Shown here piece by piece: positions 13,435 through 25,436 of a DNA stretch of 64,000 nucleotides (positions are counted from its first letter, which is position 1; each line of letters begins with the position of its first letter). The stretch is from Marinobacter sp. (GTDB lineage Bacteria > Pseudomonadota > Gammaproteobacteria > Pseudomonadales > Oleiphilaceae). The notes under the pieces are model-generated. The model was not told the origin of the DNA and searched no databases. It saw only the letters and a list, made by a program, of their open reading frames with translations. Position numbers and translations under genes: made by a program. The DNA lies in NCBI RefSeq assembly GCF_033722195.1, contig NZ_JAWVZL010000002.1, positions 14,410 through 78,409 of the forward strand, read 5' to 3'.

Positions 13435-14787
13435 CTAGTCGGTGTCGCCGGAGGGGTAGCGCTGGCGCTCGCTGGCCCGGTTGAGGGCATCAAGGCGGTC
13501 ACGCTTCTCCGCCAGCTTGATCTCCAGACCCCGGGGCGCGGGCCGGTAGTAACGCCGGCCCTGGATGGCTTCCGGCAGGTAGGCCTCGCCGGCGGCAAAG
13601 GCGTCGGGCTCATCGTGGGCGTAGCGGTACTCGTCGCCATGGCCGAGGCTCTTGAGCAGCTTGGTAGGGGCATTGCGCAGGTGCACCGGGACTTCGTAAC
13701 TGGGCTCACGGGCTATACTGGCAACACACTCGTTGTAGGCCTTGTAGACGGCGTTGCTCTTCGGCGCCAGCGCCAGGTAGGTGACGGCCTGGGCCAGGGC
13801 CAGCTCCCCTTCCGGCGACCCCAGCCGCTCCTGGGTCTCCCAGGCATCCAGGCACAGCCGCAGTGCCCGGGGGTCGGCATTGCCGATGTCCTCGCTGGCG
13901 ATCCGCACCAGACGGCGGGCCACGTAGAGCGGGTCGCAGCCGCCATCCAGCATCCGGCACATCCAGTACAGCGAGGCGTCGGCGTCGGAACCCCGCACCG
14001 ATTTGTGCAGCGCCGAGATCTGGTCGTAGAAGACATCACCGCTCTTGTCGAAGCGGCGCAGGCTGGTCTGCAGCACCTGCTCCAGTTGCTGCGGGCTGAT
14101 CCGGGGCCGGCCCTGGTCGTCGGGCTCCGCCAGGTCGGCCCCGACTTCCAGTATATTGAGGGCGCGGCGGGCGTCACCCCCGGCGGCGCGGGCCATGGTG
14201 GCCAGCACCTCGTCATCCACCGCCACTTCCCCCGCCAGGCCTTCGGGCTGCGTCAGTGCCCGGCGCAGCAGCACCCTCAGGTCGTCATCCTCCAGGTTCT
14301 TCAGCACATAGACCCGGGTCCGGGACAGCAGGGCGCTGTTGAGTTCAAAGGAGGGATTTTCGGTGGTGGCGCCGACAAAAATGAAGGTGCCTTCTTCGAT
14401 ATGCGGGAGGAAAGCGTCCTGCTGGCTTTTATTGAAGCGATGAACCTCATCCACAAACAGCAGGGTGCCGCGGCCCTCACCCTGTTTGCGCAACCTGGCC
14501 CGCTCCACCACCTCGCGGATGTCCTTGACTCCGCTCATGACCGCGGACAGTGTCTCGAAGCTGAGCTCACTGAGGTTGGCCAGCAGCCGGGCGAAGGTGG
14601 TCTTACCCACGCCCGGCGGCCCCCACAGGATCATGGAGTGGAGCTGGCCCTGCTCCACGGCGCGGCGCAGAGGTTTGCCAGGCCCCACCCGGTGGGCCTG
14701 GCCGACGTACTCATCCAGGTTCCGGGGTCGCATGCGGGCAGCCAGCGGTGCAAAGCCCGGCTGATCGCTGAACAGGCCCCCCTGCAT
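13435..14787 (-). CDS. rarA: Replication-associated recombination protein A (MgsA)
   Basis: PLAARMRP, WGPPGVGKTT, DEVHRFNKSQQD, SALHKSVRGSD. Confidence 0.96.
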   Translation of the reverse strand: MQGGLFSDQPGFAPLAARMRPRNLDEYVGQAHRVGPGKPLRRAVEQGQLHSMILWGPPGVGKTTFARLLANLSELSFETLSAVMSGVKDIREVVERARLRKQGEGRGTLLFVDEVHRFNKSQQDAFLPHIEEGTFIFVGATTENPSFELNSALLSRTRVYVLKNLEDDDLRVLLRRALTQPEGLAGEVAVDDEVLATMARAAGGDARRALNILEVGADLAEPDDQGRPRISPQQLEQVLQTSLRRFDKSGDVFYDQISALHKSVRGSDADASLYWMCRMLDGGCDPLYVARRLVRIASEDIGNADPRALRLCLDAWETQERLGSPEGELALAQAVTYLALAPKSNAVYKAYNECVASIAREPSYEVPVHLRNAPTKLLKSLGHGDEYRYAHDEPDAFAAGEAYLPEAIQGRRYYRPAPRGLEIKLAEKRDRLDALNRASERQRYPSGDTD

Positions 14788-15434
14788 CAGCCGTTGCCCT
14801 GGATCACGTCCACGTTGTCCGGGTAATCCAGCTCAAAAGCGCTATCCGGAATCTCGGCGTTGATCACCACGTCATCAAAGCTCAGCAGACTGCGCTGCTC
14901 CAGCGAGTCCGACAATCGCATTTCCTGCAGCTCGCCCTGGTAGAAGGTCAGGGTCAGCGACGTGAACAGGGAGTCGGGGTCCCGCGGAACCAGGGTGTAT
15001 TCCACGGTCTTGTCACCAAAGGTGCGGTAGCTGACCTCGTAGGTCTGGGCCAGGTTGTCCACCTGCCCGCTCAGCAGTAGGGCCGGGGTACTGGACACCT
15101 TCTGGTCCATGGCCTGGATGGTCACCTGCTCGAGGTCCGGGTCGTAGACCTTGACCACCTCGCCATCGGCGACGATGTACTGGGCCATGGGCTGCTCGCT
15201 GTGCCAGTAGAACAGCCCGGGGCGCTTGGCCTTCAGGCTGCCCCGGCTTTCCTGCAGCTTGTCGCCCTGGGCGTCCATGACGGTCTGCACGAAGTCGGCC
15301 TGGAAGGTACGGTAGCTGCTGAGCTCGTCCGCCAGTCGGGCGGCCGCCGAATCGTCCTGGGCGACGGCCAGGCCGGCCATCAGCATCAGGGCCAGTGCCA
15401 AGACTCCGTTTTGCATGATTCGCATGAAACCCAT
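14787..15434 (-). CDS. lolA: Outer-membrane lipoprotein chaperone
   Basis: Signal peptide, KRPGLFYW, YDPDLEQVT; position between ftsK and rarA. Confidence 0.94.
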   Translation of the reverse strand: MGFMRIMQNGVLALALMLMAGLAVAQDDSAAARLADELSSYRTFQADFVQTVMDAQGDKLQESRGSLKAKRPGLFYWHSEQPMAQYIVADGEVVKVYDPDLEQVTIQAMDQKVSSTPALLLSGQVDNLAQTYEVSYRTFGDKTVEYTLVPRDPDSLFTSLTLTFYQGELQEMRLSDSLEQRSLLSFDDVVINAEIPDSAFELDYPDNVDVIQGNG

Positions 15435-15470
15435 CCAATGTCTCCTGATTGTTTGCGTCCGGGCGGGACA

Positions 15471-18083
15471 CTAGTCCCGGGGGGGTGGCGGTGCCAGCAC
15501 TTCCCGGGCTCCGTTGTGGCCGGCCGGACTCACCACCCCGGAGGCCTCCATGGCCTCCACCAGGTTGGCGGCACGGTTATAGCCAATCTTGAATTTTCGC
15601 TGCACCGAGGATATCGACACCCGGCGGCCTTCGGTGACGAACGCCACCGCCTCGTCGAACAGGGAGTCGGTTTCATCGCCGCTCCCGCCCTCCGACAGGG
15701 TGGGCACGCCCGGCAGGTTCTCACCCTCGGCGCCGTTTAGAACGTCGTCCACGTACACCGGCTCGCCGCGCTCCTTCCAGGCACTGACCACACGGTGGAC
15801 CTCGTCGTCGTCCACAAAGGCACCATGCACCCGGACCGGCAGGCCGGAGCCCGGCGGCAGGTAGAGCATGTCACCGTGGCCCAGCAGCTGTTCGGCGCCG
15901 CCCTGGTCCAGGACGGTGCGGGAATCGATCTTCGAGGACACCTGGAAGGACATCCGGGTGGGGATGTTGGCCTTGATCAGACCGGTAATCACGTCCACTG
16001 ACGGCCGCTGGGTGGCCAGGATCAGGTGGATACCGGCGGCCCGGGCCTTCTGGGCGATCCGGGCGATCAGCTCCTCCACCTTCTTGCCGACGATCATCAT
16101 CATGTCGGCAAACTCGTCGATGACCACCACGATGAACGGCAGGGTATCCAGCTCCGGGCGGAACTGCTCGTCGTTGTCCAGATATTCGTCCGGTTTCCAG
16201 AACGGGTCCAGCAAAGGCTCGCCCGCCTCGGCGGCATCCTTGACCTTGCGGTTGTAGCCGGCGATGTTGCGCACGCCCAGGTTGGCCATCAAACGGTAAC
16301 GGCGCTCCATCTCGGCGACACACCAGCGCAGGGCGTTGGCGGCCTCCTTCATGTCGGTGACCACCGGCGCCAGCAGGTGGGGAATGCCGTCGTAGATGCT
16401 CAGTTCCAGCATCTTCGGATCCACCATGATGAACCGCACTTCCTCGGGGGTGGACTTGAGCAGCATGCTCAGCAGCATGGCGTTGACGCCCACCGACTTA
16501 CCCGAGCCGGTGGTACCGGCCACCAGCAGGTGGGGCATCTTGGCCAGGTTGGCCACCATCGGGTTGCCGCCGATGTCGTTGCCCAGGGCCATGGTCAGGG
16601 CCGATGACGACTCGGTGAATACCTTGGAACCAAGAACCTCACTCAGGCGCACCATTTCCCGCTCTTCATTGGGAATCTCGATCCCCACCACCGACTTGCC
16701 CGGGATGACTTCCACCACCCGCACGCTGAGCACCGCCAGGGACCGGGCCAGGTCCTTGGCCAGATTGGAGATGCGACTGACCTTCACCCCCGGCGCCGGC
16801 TTGATCTCGAAACGGGTAATCACCGGTCCCGGATTGACCTCCACTACTTCCACCGACACCCCGAAATCCGCCAGCTTCTCTTCCAGCAGGCGGGACATGT
16901 GCTCCAGGGATTCCTCGGAGTAGCCCTTGTCCTTGTTGCGCTGGTCCGGCGGGTCAAGCAGCGAGATTGGCGGTATCGGGCTTTCCACGTCGTCGAACAG
17001 GGACGGCTGCTTCTCGCCCTTGGGCTTGTTCGGCTCTTCGCGCTTGAACGGGGAAATCTTCAGGGCCTTGGCGACGGTTGCGGGCGTCGTGCGCGGACCG
17101 CTTCGCTCGGCGACCGGCCGTGTCGGGGAGTCGTCCGCGGTCATGGACTCCACCGGGTCCTCGCCGGCGGTTTCCCGGGACGAGAAACTCTCCAGCCGGG
17201 CGGGATCACTTAGCTGGCCCAGCAGGCCATCCAGACCGGGCTCACGCCGCGGCGCGGCGTCCACACCCGTGCCCTTGCGACCCAGGCCCAGCAGGCGCTT
17301 CCACCAGGGCCGGTGGGGTTCGTCATCGCTGGCCCGGTCGTTGACAATGGGCGGCTCGGCCGACGCGGCTTTTGCGGGGGATTCGGCCTCCTTGCGTTTG
17401 CCGGCCGCCCTGCCCGCGCTCTCGCCCTCATCGATCTTGTCATTGCCCTGGAAGAGATCCCGCAGGGCGTTGCCAAAGCGCAGGGTCAGTGCGCCGACCC
17501 GGTCCATCAGCCGCAACCAGGACAACCCGAGGGTAACGGTCAGGGCGAACAGGAAGATGGCCACCAGCAGCAGCGTGGTGGCCGGAAGATTGAAGAAGCG
17601 CACCATGGCGTCCGACACCGCCAGCCCCAGGACGCCGCCGGAGGTGGCCTCGAGGCCGAACACCGAGTACAGCGACAGCAGGCTGGTGGCGGACAGCAGG
17701 ATCAGCAGGAAGCCGCAGAAGCGCACCATGAACAGGGGCCAGTGCAGGTCCAGGGGCTGATGCCGCAACCGGATCAGCATCACGGCGTAAGCCGCCACCA
17801 TGACCGGGAACAGATAGGCCACGTGCCCGAAGAAGTCCCGCAACAGGCTGGCGATCCAGGCTCCGGTGCGACCGGCGTAGTTGCTCACGTGGGTTTCGTG
17901 GCCGATGCTGGCCCAGCCCGGATCGGCGGGGCTGAAGGTCACGAGCGCCATGGTGAGATAGATAGCCAGGGCGATCAGGGCAATAATCGCGCCCTCACGA
18001 GCGCCCTCCGCCATCAGGCGGCGGAAACGCTCCTGCTTTTCAGTCATTTCCGGTGTGGAAACCGCTTTCTTGGACTCGGCCAT
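15471..18083 (-). CDS. ftsK: DNA translocase FtsK
   Basis: N-terminal TMs, [30 protein letters not shown], gamma domain [14 protein letters not shown]. Confidence 0.97.
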   Translation of the reverse strand: MAESKKAVSTPEMTEKQERFRRLMAEGAREGAIIALIALAIYLTMALVTFSPADPGWASIGHETHVSNYAGRTGAWIASLLRDFFGHVAYLFPVMVAAYAVMLIRLRHQPLDLHWPLFMVRFCGFLLILLSATSLLSLYSVFGLEATSGGVLGLAVSDAMVRFFNLPATTLLLVAIFLFALTVTLGLSWLRLMDRVGALTLRFGNALRDLFQGNDKIDEGESAGRAAGKRKEAESPAKAASAEPPIVNDRASDDEPHRPWWKRLLGLGRKGTGVDAAPRREPGLDGLLGQLSDPARLESFSSRETAGEDPVESMTADDSPTRPVAERSGPRTTPATVAKALKISPFKREEPNKPKGEKQPSLFDDVESPIPPISLLDPPDQRNKDKGYSEESLEHMSRLLEEKLADFGVSVEVVEVNPGPVITRFEIKPAPGVKVSRISNLAKDLARSLAVLSVRVVEVIPGKSVVGIEIPNEEREMVRLSEVLGSKVFTESSSALTMALGNDIGGNPMVANLAKMPHLLVAGTTGSGKSVGVNAMLLSMLLKSTPEEVRFIMVDPKMLELSIYDGIPHLLAPVVTDMKEAANALRWCVAEMERRYRLMANLGVRNIAGYNRKVKDAAEAGEPLLDPFWKPDEYLDNDEQFRPELDTLPFIVVVIDEFADMMMIVGKKVEELIARIAQKARAAGIHLILATQRPSVDVITGLIKANIPTRMSFQVSSKIDSRTVLDQGGAEQLLGHGDMLYLPPGSGLPVRVHGAFVDDDEVHRVVSAWKERGEPVYVDDVLNGAEGENLPGVPTLSEGGSGDETDSLFDEAVAFVTEGRRVSISSVQRKFKIGYNRAANLVEAMEASGVVSPAGHNGAREVLAPPPPRD

Positions 18084-18134
18084 GGATGCTCAGACTGTTC
18101 CGTTACTGTTTGCTGCCACGCCTGGGACCCGAAC

Positions 18135-19358
18135 TCAGCCGGGCAGAGCCGCCAGGCCACGCTTGAGATCCGTCTTCAGATCGTCCAGCGACTCGATGCC
18201 CACCGATATCCGGATCAGGTCGTCGGTGATGCCTGCCCGCTGCTTGTCCTCCGGTGACAGCCGGCCATGGGTGGTGCTGCCGGGATGGGTGATGGTGGTT
18301 TTGACATCCCCGAGGTTGGCGGTGATGGAAATCATGCGGGTGGCATCAATGAACGCCCAGGCGGCGTCTTTGCCACCGGCCACGGTAAACGACAGCACGC
18401 CACCGAATCCACTCTGCTGGCGAGCCGCCAGGGCATGCTGGGGATGGTCCCCCAGGCCGGCGTAGAAGACCCTGGTCACCCCGGCCTGCTGTACCAGCCA
18501 CCGGGCCAACTCTAGCGCATTCTCGCAGTGGGCGCGCATACGGATTGGTAAGGTTTCCAGGCCCTTGAGAAAGACCCAGGCATTGAACGGACTCAGGCTC
18601 GGGCCCGCTGACCGCAGGAAGCCGTAGACCTCCTCCATCGGCTTGTCGGAGCCCACCACCACGCCGCCGAGGCAGCGGCCCTGGCCATCCAGGTACTTGG
18701 TGGCGGAGTGGATAACGATATCGGCACCGAATTCGAAGGGGCGCTGAAGTACCGGTGTGCAGAAACAGTTGTCCACCACGAACAGGGCATCGTTTGAGTG
18801 GGCCAGATCCGCCAGGGCCGACATGTCCGCCACCTCACACAGCGGGTTGGACGGCGTCTCGATGAACAGCAGTCGGGTTTCCGGGCGCATGGCGCTCTGC
18901 CACTCGGCCATGTCGGTGAGACTGACAAAGGTGGTCTCCAGGCCGAACTTGGCCAGGTATTTCTGGAACAGCACATTGGTGGTGCCGAATACGCCCCGGG
19001 AGCAGACCACGTGGTCACCGGCCTTCAGCAGCGCCATGCAGGTGGCCAGGATGGCCGCCATGCCGGAAGCCGTAGCGACCGCCCGTTCACCGCCCTCCAT
19101 GGCCGCAATCCGGCGCTCGAAGGCCTGCACCGTGGGGTTGGTGAAGCGGGAGTAGATGTTGCCGGGCTCGTCACCGCCGAACCGGGCCGCCGCCTGGGCG
19201 GCGCTGCCATAGACAAAGCTGGAGGTGGGGAAAATGGCGTCGCCGTGCTCCAGCTGCTCGGTACGTATCTGCCCTGCTCGGACAGCCAGTGTGTCCACGG
19301 AGACGCCCTCAAGGTCCGACTCGGGGATGGACACATGTTCTTCACGTCGCAGGGTCAT
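18135..19358 (-). CDS. metZ: O-succinylhomoserine sulfhydrylase
   Basis: YSRFTNPT, HSATKYLDGQGR PLP motif; follows purF. Confidence 0.95.
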   Translation of the reverse strand: MTLRREEHVSIPESDLEGVSVDTLAVRAGQIRTEQLEHGDAIFPTSSFVYGSAAQAAARFGGDEPGNIYSRFTNPTVQAFERRIAAMEGGERAVATASGMAAILATCMALLKAGDHVVCSRGVFGTTNVLFQKYLAKFGLETTFVSLTDMAEWQSAMRPETRLLFIETPSNPLCEVADMSALADLAHSNDALFVVDNCFCTPVLQRPFEFGADIVIHSATKYLDGQGRCLGGVVVGSDKPMEEVYGFLRSAGPSLSPFNAWVFLKGLETLPIRMRAHCENALELARWLVQQAGVTRVFYAGLGDHPQHALAARQQSGFGGVLSFTVAGGKDAAWAFIDATRMISITANLGDVKTTITHPGSTTHGRLSPEDKQRAGITDDLIRISVGIESLDDLKTDLKRGLAALPG

Positions 19359-19369
19359 ACCGCTTCGCC

Positions 19370-20890
19370 TCAGTCTTCGTCGTTGTACAGATCAATGATG
19401 CCGTTGTCGGAATCACCGATGTTAGCGCGAGCCTGGCTTTCATCGCTACGCTGCTGCTCCAGACGCTCCAGGTAGGCCTGGTCGATGTCCCCGGTGACAT
19501 AGTCGCCATCGAACACCGAGCACTCCCAGCGCTCGATCTCCGGATTGACGTCGTTGACGCAGGCGATCAGGTCTTCCAGATCCTGGTACAGCAGCCAGTC
19601 GGCGCCGATGAGTTCACGGATTTCCTCGATGCTGCGGCCATGGGCGATCAGTTCGCTGGCCGCCGGCATGTCGATGCCATAGACATTCGGGTAGCGCACC
19701 GGCGGCGCGGCCGAGGCGAAATACACCTTGCGGGCGCCGGCGTCCCGGGCCATCTGTACGATTTCCTTGCAGGTGGTGCCGCGAACGATGGAATCGTCCA
19801 CCAGCATCACGTTCTTGCCCTTGAACTCCAGGTCGATGGGGTTCAGCTTCTGGCGCACGGATTTCTTGCGCAGCTTCTGGCCCGGCATGATGAAGGTGCG
19901 ACCGATGTACCGGTTCTTGATGAATCCCTCGCGGAACTTCACACCCAGGCGATGGGCCATCTGCATGGCGGAGGTGCGGCTGGTATCCGGAATGGGCATC
20001 ACCACATCGATGTCGTGATCCGGATTCTCCCGCAGGACCTTGTCCGCCAGGGTCTCACCCATCCGCAGCCGGGCCTTGTAGACCGACACCTTGTCTATGA
20101 TGGAGTCCGGCCGGGCGAAATACACGTGCTCGAAAATACACGGAATCAGGCGGTGTTCCCTGGCGCACTGGCGGGTATACAGAGTGCCGTCGGTTTCGAT
20201 GTAAACCGCCTCGCCCGGCTCGATGTCTCGCACCAGGGTAAAACCTGCGGCGCTCAGTGCCACGCTCTCGGAGGCAATCATGTATTCCTTGCCCTCCGAG
20301 GTCTCCCGCACACCGTAACAGGCCGGGCGGATGCCGTTGGGGTCACGGAAGCCGACAATGCCGTAGCCGGTGATCATGGCAATGACGGCATAGGCACCAC
20401 GGCAGCGCTCGTGGACAGCACTGACCGCGGAAAAGATCTCTTCCTTGGTGGGGTCGAGCTTGCCCAGCTTCTGGAGTTCGTGGGCGAAGACGTTCAGCAG
20501 CACCTCGGAATCGGAATTGGTGTTGATGTGGCGCAGGTCGGTGCGGAACAGGTCACGGCTGAGTTCATCGGCGTTGGTCAGGTTGCCGTTGTGGGCCAGG
20601 GTGATGCCGTAGGGGCTGTTGACGTAGAACGGCTGGGCCTCGGCGGAGCTGGAGCTGCCGGCGGTGGGATAGCGGACATGGCCGATACCGACGTTGCCCA
20701 CCAGCCTGCGCATGTGACGAGTGCGGAATACGTCCCGTACCAGCCCGTTGTCCTTGCGGAGAAAGAACCGGTCGTCCTGGAATGTCACGATACCCGCCGC
20801 ATCCTGGCCACGGTGCTGCAGGACGGTCAGGGCGTCATACAACGTCTGGTTTACGTTGGTGGTACTGACAATTCCGGCTATTCCACACAT
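19370..20890 (-). CDS. purF: Amidophosphoribosyltransferase
   Basis: MCGIAG N-terminal nucleophile start at 20890; [10 protein letters not shown]; [11 protein letters not shown]. Confidence 0.98.
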   Translation of the reverse strand: MCGIAGIVSTTNVNQTLYDALTVLQHRGQDAAGIVTFQDDRFFLRKDNGLVRDVFRTRHMRRLVGNVGIGHVRYPTAGSSSSAEAQPFYVNSPYGITLAHNGNLTNADELSRDLFRTDLRHINTNSDSEVLLNVFAHELQKLGKLDPTKEEIFSAVSAVHERCRGAYAVIAMITGYGIVGFRDPNGIRPACYGVRETSEGKEYMIASESVALSAAGFTLVRDIEPGEAVYIETDGTLYTRQCAREHRLIPCIFEHVYFARPDSIIDKVSVYKARLRMGETLADKVLRENPDHDIDVVMPIPDTSRTSAMQMAHRLGVKFREGFIKNRYIGRTFIMPGQKLRKKSVRQKLNPIDLEFKGKNVMLVDDSIVRGTTCKEIVQMARDAGARKVYFASAAPPVRYPNVYGIDMPAASELIAHGRSIEEIRELIGADWLLYQDLEDLIACVNDVNPEIERWECSVFDGDYVTGDIDQAYLERLEQQRSDESQARANIGDSDNGIIDLYNDED

Positions 20891-20925
20891 GTGTGCTGAC
20901 TTCTCCAAAGCATTAGAACAGGAAA

Positions 20926-21474
20926 TTAACGGGTGACAGCCTCGGGCACCGCGAGTTCGGTCCCGTTGGTCTCGGCAGCCGGCCCCAGGTAGCGGCCAAA
21001 CTCATCACCAAGCGTACGTCTGGACCAGTCCTCCACCACCGCAAGGCGGTCAATCATGATGGAGGTTCGCCACCAGGTATCCTCCGACAGGGGGGTATAG
21101 CGGGTAAAAGCGATGGCCACAATCACCACCACCAGCCCCCGCAGGAGCCCGAACCCCATACCGAGTACCCGGTCGGTGGCGGTCAGTCCGGTTGCCCGGA
21201 CCAGGTGGCCGATCATGTTGTTGATGATGGCCCCGATGATCAGCGTTCCGAAAAACAGAATAGCAAAAGCCGCAACCAGACGAACCATGGGAGTTTCCAC
21301 AGTAGTCTCCAGCAGCGACTGCATCTGGGGGTGAAAGGTGCGGGCGATGATGAAGGCGCCGACCCAGGACACCAGCGACAGGGCTTCCTTGACGAACCCG
21401 CGCTTGAGGCTGATCAGCGTCGAAACGGCGATCAATGCGATGATGACCCAATCAATCCAGATCAACGCGTTCAT
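20926..21474 (-). CDS. cvpA: Colicin V production protein
   Basis: [10 protein letters not shown]...[21 protein letters not shown]; upstream of purF. Confidence 0.93.
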   Translation of the reverse strand: MNALIWIDWVIIALIAVSTLISLKRGFVKEALSLVSWVGAFIIARTFHPQMQSLLETTVETPMVRLVAAFAILFFGTLIIGAIINNMIGHLVRATGLTATDRVLGMGFGLLRGLVVVIVAIAFTRYTPLSEDTWWRTSIMIDRLAVVEDWSRRTLGDEFGRYLGPAAETNGTELAVPEAVTR

Positions 21475-21558
21475 GTGCAACCCGGCCACCAAAATGAAGC
21501 GCGAATTCTATCAGGAATCTCCACCGCACCAAACCGCAAAAACCGAAGCAGGGCAAGG

Positions 21559-22230
21559 TTATTCGCCGGCGGTCACCAGGCCGTTGAGACCAAAGCCCGC
21601 GTCCAGTTCACGCTTGGCTTTCTCCGCCGCTGCCTTGTCCACATAGGGGCCCACAAAGACCCGGGTGAAGGTGGTGCCGCCCTGCTCTACCCGCTGCAGG
21701 TGGGAGTCGTAACCCTTCTCGCGCACCTTGTCCCGCAGCCTGCGGGCGTTGTCGGCATTGCCGAAGCTGCCCAGCTGCACGACCCAGGCGCCCTCCAGGG
21801 AGCGGCTGAACTCCTCGGTTTCGGGCGCGGGCTCGGCAGCAGGCGCGGCAGGCTCCTGAGAGGCCTGGGTTTGAGTTTGAGTTTGAGTTTGGGCCGGGGT
21901 CTGGGTCTGAGACTGGGCCTGAGGCTGTGGTTCAGACTCCGGCGCCGCGGGTTCGGCTTCACCGGCGAGCTGTTCCGGCGCGGGCTGTGCCCGGTCGGGG
22001 CTGGCCGTGGGTTCGGAAGCCGGCGCCGAGGGCTCCTCAAGACGATAGCTGGGTGCCTCGGCATCGACCTTGGGGGGTGCCTGGACCTCCGGGAAAGGCG
22101 GCTCCTCGGGAATGTCGATCATGCGGGATGAGCGCTCGGTGTGGGGCTCGTCGAACAACATGGGCACAAAGATAACCGCCAGGGAAATCAGCACCAGCGC
22201 TCCGATTACCCTTTGTTTGAGTCCATCCAC
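21559..22230 (-). CDS. dedD: SPOR-domain cell division protein DedD
   Basis: GTG start after GGGGAG; LKQRVIGALVL TM; C-terminal SPOR WVVQLGSF...RVFVGPY; folC-dedD-cvpA order. Confidence 0.85.
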   Translation of the reverse strand: MDGLKQRVIGALVLISLAVIFVPMLFDEPHTERSSRMIDIPEEPPFPEVQAPPKVDAEAPSYRLEEPSAPASEPTASPDRAQPAPEQLAGEAEPAAPESEPQPQAQSQTQTPAQTQTQTQTQASQEPAAPAAEPAPETEEFSRSLEGAWVVQLGSFGNADNARRLRDKVREKGYDSHLQRVEQGGTTFTRVFVGPYVDKAAAEKAKRELDAGFGLNGLVTAGE

Positions 22231-22345
22231 GTATTTTTCACTCCCCCGTCTGACTGTCTTGTGGCGCAAGCGTTGACGGCGCCAAACCGGATACTAACCG
22301 GGGCGACACCATAACTCAAAACCCCGTGGGAACCATGACCGATAT

Positions 22346-23641
22346 TTAAGAACGGTCCGATGCCAGCAGATACTCACGGGCTTCCGCCACCGTATAGAAG
22401 GACCCGAAAACCACCACCAGGTCATCCTCGGCAGCCCGCGCCAGGGCCTCCTCCAGGGCTTCGGTGACGGTGCTGTGACAACTGGGAGGGCAGGATTGCA
22501 GCACCGGTGCCAGGCGCTGGTCCAGTTCGGTCACCGTGAGCCCCCTGGGCACCGCCAGACCCGCCAGGTACCAGTGGTCCACCACGCCGGTAAGGGCGTG
22601 AATGACCGCGCTGGCATCCTTGTCCGCCAGGCAGCCATAGACACCATGCACCCGGCGCTCCTTGAGGCTGGTCAGCTTGCCGGCAAGCCAGCGGGCGGCG
22701 TGGGGGTTGTGTCCCACATCCAGGTAGATGGCAGGGGCGTCGCCGAAACGCTCGAAGCGACCCGGCACGCGGACCCGCTCCAGGGCCCGATGGATGGTCT
22801 CGTCGCTCAGCGCCGGTTCCAGCCAGAGCGCACCACGGACCGCGGCTGCCACGCTGGTGAGCGGCAACGGCAGGGTCGGCAGCGGCACCACGCGCTGGAG
22901 CTCCGCGATGGCCACTGCCCTGCCCTGGTCCTGGAGCTGGTAGTCCTCTCCAAAGCGCCAGAGTCGGACATTCTGGGCCTGGGCCTGTTGCAGCACCGAC
23001 CGGGGCGGGTCCTCATCGGCGTATATAGCCGCCACCGAGGGCCGCAGGATGCCCGCCTTCTCGAAGCCGATGCTCTCCCGGTCGCCACCCAGCCAGGCGA
23101 CATGGTCTATGTCCACCGACGTGATGATGGCCAGGTCCGGATCCAGGGTATTGACGGCATCGAGGCGACCGCCCATCCCCACTTCCAGGACCCAGTCTTC
23201 CAGGCCCTTAGCGGCCATCACCAGAAACGCCGCCAGCGTACCGAACTCAAAATAGGTCAGTGACGTGTTGCCGCGAGCAGCCTCTATATGCTCGAAGGCC
23301 TCCACCAGGGTCTGATCAGACACTTCCTGGCCATTGATGCGGACACGCTCGTTGTAGCGGCTCAGGTGCGGTGAGGTGTAGGCACCTACCCGCCGGCCGG
23401 AGGCCATCAGCAGGGCTTCCAGGCAGGCCACGGTACTGCCCTTGCCGTTGGTTCCGGCCACGGTGATGATCCGGGCCCTAGGCCGGCCCGGCATGAGCTT
23501 ACGTAACACCAGCAGGACCCGGTCAAGACCCAGGTCGATTTCAGAGGGGTGCAGGGCTTCAAGGTAGGTCAGCCACTGCTCGAGGGAAGCGGCGGTTCCG
23601 GGCCGGGCCGGAGCCGCCCGGGACTTACTGGGCTGCGACAT
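22346..23641 (-). CDS. folC: Dihydrofolate/folylpolyglutamate synthase
   Basis: [38 protein letters not shown]. Confidence 0.96.
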   Translation of the reverse strand: MSQPSKSRAAPARPGTAASLEQWLTYLEALHPSEIDLGLDRVLLVLRKLMPGRPRARIITVAGTNGKGSTVACLEALLMASGRRVGAYTSPHLSRYNERVRINGQEVSDQTLVEAFEHIEAARGNTSLTYFEFGTLAAFLVMAAKGLEDWVLEVGMGGRLDAVNTLDPDLAIITSVDIDHVAWLGGDRESIGFEKAGILRPSVAAIYADEDPPRSVLQQAQAQNVRLWRFGEDYQLQDQGRAVAIAELQRVVPLPTLPLPLTSVAAAVRGALWLEPALSDETIHRALERVRVPGRFERFGDAPAIYLDVGHNPHAARWLAGKLTSLKERRVHGVYGCLADKDASAVIHALTGVVDHWYLAGLAVPRGLTVTELDQRLAPVLQSCPPSCHSTVTEALEEALARAAEDDLVVVFGSFYTVAEAREYLLASDRS

Positions 23642-24551
23642 CGTTTTCCGGCTTCTCGGAGACCTCGAACTCGATCGGCGCCTCCTGCTCTGGCTTGTCC
23701 ATGCCGGTGAACTTGGCCAGCAGCGCAGCGATGCGCTCCCGCATCTTGTGGCGATGCAGGATCATGTCCACTGCCCCGTGCTCCAGCAGGAATTCACTGC
23801 GCTGGAAGCCTTCCGGCAGCTTTTCACGTACGGTCTGCTCGATAACCCGAGGGCCGGCAAAGCCGATCAGGGCATAGGGCTCGGCGATATTGAGATCCCC
23901 CAGCATGGCCAGACTGGCGGACACGCCGCCAAAGACCGGATCGGTCAGCACGGAAATATAGGGTATACCCTCCTGCTTGAGCCGCTCGAGGACGGCGGCG
24001 GTCTTGGCCATCTGCATCAGCGACAGGATCGCTTCCTGCATGCGGGCACCACCACTGGCGGAGAAACAGACCAAAGGGATACGCTCCTCCAAGGCCACAT
24101 TGGCCGCCTGGACGAACTTTTCGCCCACCACCTGGCCCATGGAACCGCCGAGGAAGTTGAACTCGAAGGCACAGGCTACCAGGGGGACGCCCAGGGTGCG
24201 GCCGCGCATGGCCACGAGGGCATCCTTCTCACCGGTGGCCTTCTGGTTTGCCACCAACCGGTCCTTGTAGCGCTTGGTGTCCTTGAACTTGAGACGGTCC
24301 CAGGGTTCCAGGTCGGCACCGATCTCTTCCCGGCCGTCGGCATCGAGGAAGATATCAAGCCGGCGACGGGCGGTTACCCGCAGGTGATGCTGGCACTTGG
24401 GACAGACATCCAGGTTCTTGTCCAGCTCGGGCTTGTAGAGAAACGCGCCGCACTTGGGGCATTTTTTCCAGAGCCCCTCCGGCACACCGGTACGCTGCTT
24501 GGATTCCGAGCGGATTTTGCTCGGCATGATCTTGTCCAGCCAGTTGCTCAT
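23625..24551 (-). CDS. accD: Acetyl-CoA carboxylase carboxyltransferase beta
   Basis: LWKKCPKC...VCPKC zinc finger, [14 protein letters not shown]. Confidence 0.97.
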   Translation of the reverse strand: MSNWLDKIMPSKIRSESKQRTGVPEGLWKKCPKCGAFLYKPELDKNLDVCPKCQHHLRVTARRRLDIFLDADGREEIGADLEPWDRLKFKDTKRYKDRLVANQKATGEKDALVAMRGRTLGVPLVACAFEFNFLGGSMGQVVGEKFVQAANVALEERIPLVCFSASGGARMQEAILSLMQMAKTAAVLERLKQEGIPYISVLTDPVFGGVSASLAMLGDLNIAEPYALIGFAGPRVIEQTVREKLPEGFQRSEFLLEHGAVDMILHRHKMRERIAALLAKFTGMDKPEQEAPIEFEVSEKPENDVAAQ

Positions 24552-24603
24552 GGTGTCATCCTGTCCTTGAAGGCTTGCTGTTCCGGGCCGCTGGAGGTCC
24601 CCA

Positions 24604-25416
24604 TCAGGAGGTCAGACCGTCCAGCGCCTCACGCATCGGGTGCAGCAGATCCGTCAGGGCACGCTTGAGCTGCCCGGAATCGGTCTGATTGTTGGCTATT
24701 GTATCCACCAGCACACTGCCAACAATTACACCATCGGATACCTTGCCCACAGCGGCGGCGGTGCTGGCGTCGCGGATGCCGAAACCCACCGCCACCGGCA
24801 GGGCCGTCAGCTTGTGGATATGCTCGACCCGACTGGCCACTTCTTCCACGTTGATGCCCTGGGCTCCGGTGATCCCCTTGAAGGAAACATAGTACACATA
24901 GCCGGAAGAGTGCTCACTGATTGACCGGATCCGGTCATCGGTGGTGGTGGGCGACAGCAGGAAGATGGCGTCCAGGCCCCGGGCGGTGAACAGGGGTGCA
25001 ACTTCGTCGGCCTCTTCCGGTGGCAGGTCCACGGTCAGTACGCCGTCCACGCCGGCATCTTTGGCGGCATCGGCGAAGGCCTCGTAGCCCATACACTCCA
25101 TCGGGTTGAGGTATCCCATCAGCACCACCGGGGTACGGCTGTCGCTTTCCCGAAAGGTCTTCACCATGCCAAGCACCTGGCGCAGGGAGGTGCCGTGCAC
25201 CAGGGCCCGTTCACAGGCCAGCTGGATCACCGGGCCGTCCGCCATGGGATCGGAGAAGGGAACCCCAAGCTCGATAATATCGGCGCCGGCGTCGACGAGC
25301 GTGTGCATCAGTTCTACAGTCTGATCCGGCGCGGGATCGCCGGCGGTAATGTACGGGATAAGCGCCTTGCGCCCCTGCTCCTTCAATGCCTGCAGCACAC
25401 CCTCAATGCGACTCAT
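24604..25416 (-). CDS. trpA: Tryptophan synthase alpha chain
   Basis: [18 protein letters not shown]; start MSRIEG at 25416. Confidence 0.97.
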   Translation of the reverse strand: MSRIEGVLQALKEQGRKALIPYITAGDPAPDQTVELMHTLVDAGADIIELGVPFSDPMADGPVIQLACERALVHGTSLRQVLGMVKTFRESDSRTPVVLMGYLNPMECMGYEAFADAAKDAGVDGVLTVDLPPEEADEVAPLFTARGLDAIFLLSPTTTDDRIRSISEHSSGYVYYVSFKGITGAQGINVEEVASRVEHIHKLTALPVAVGFGIRDASTAAAVGKVSDGVIVGSVLVDTIANNQTDSGQLKRALTDLLHPMREALDGLTS

Positions 25417-25436
25417 GCCCTCTCCTCTGTGCAAAT

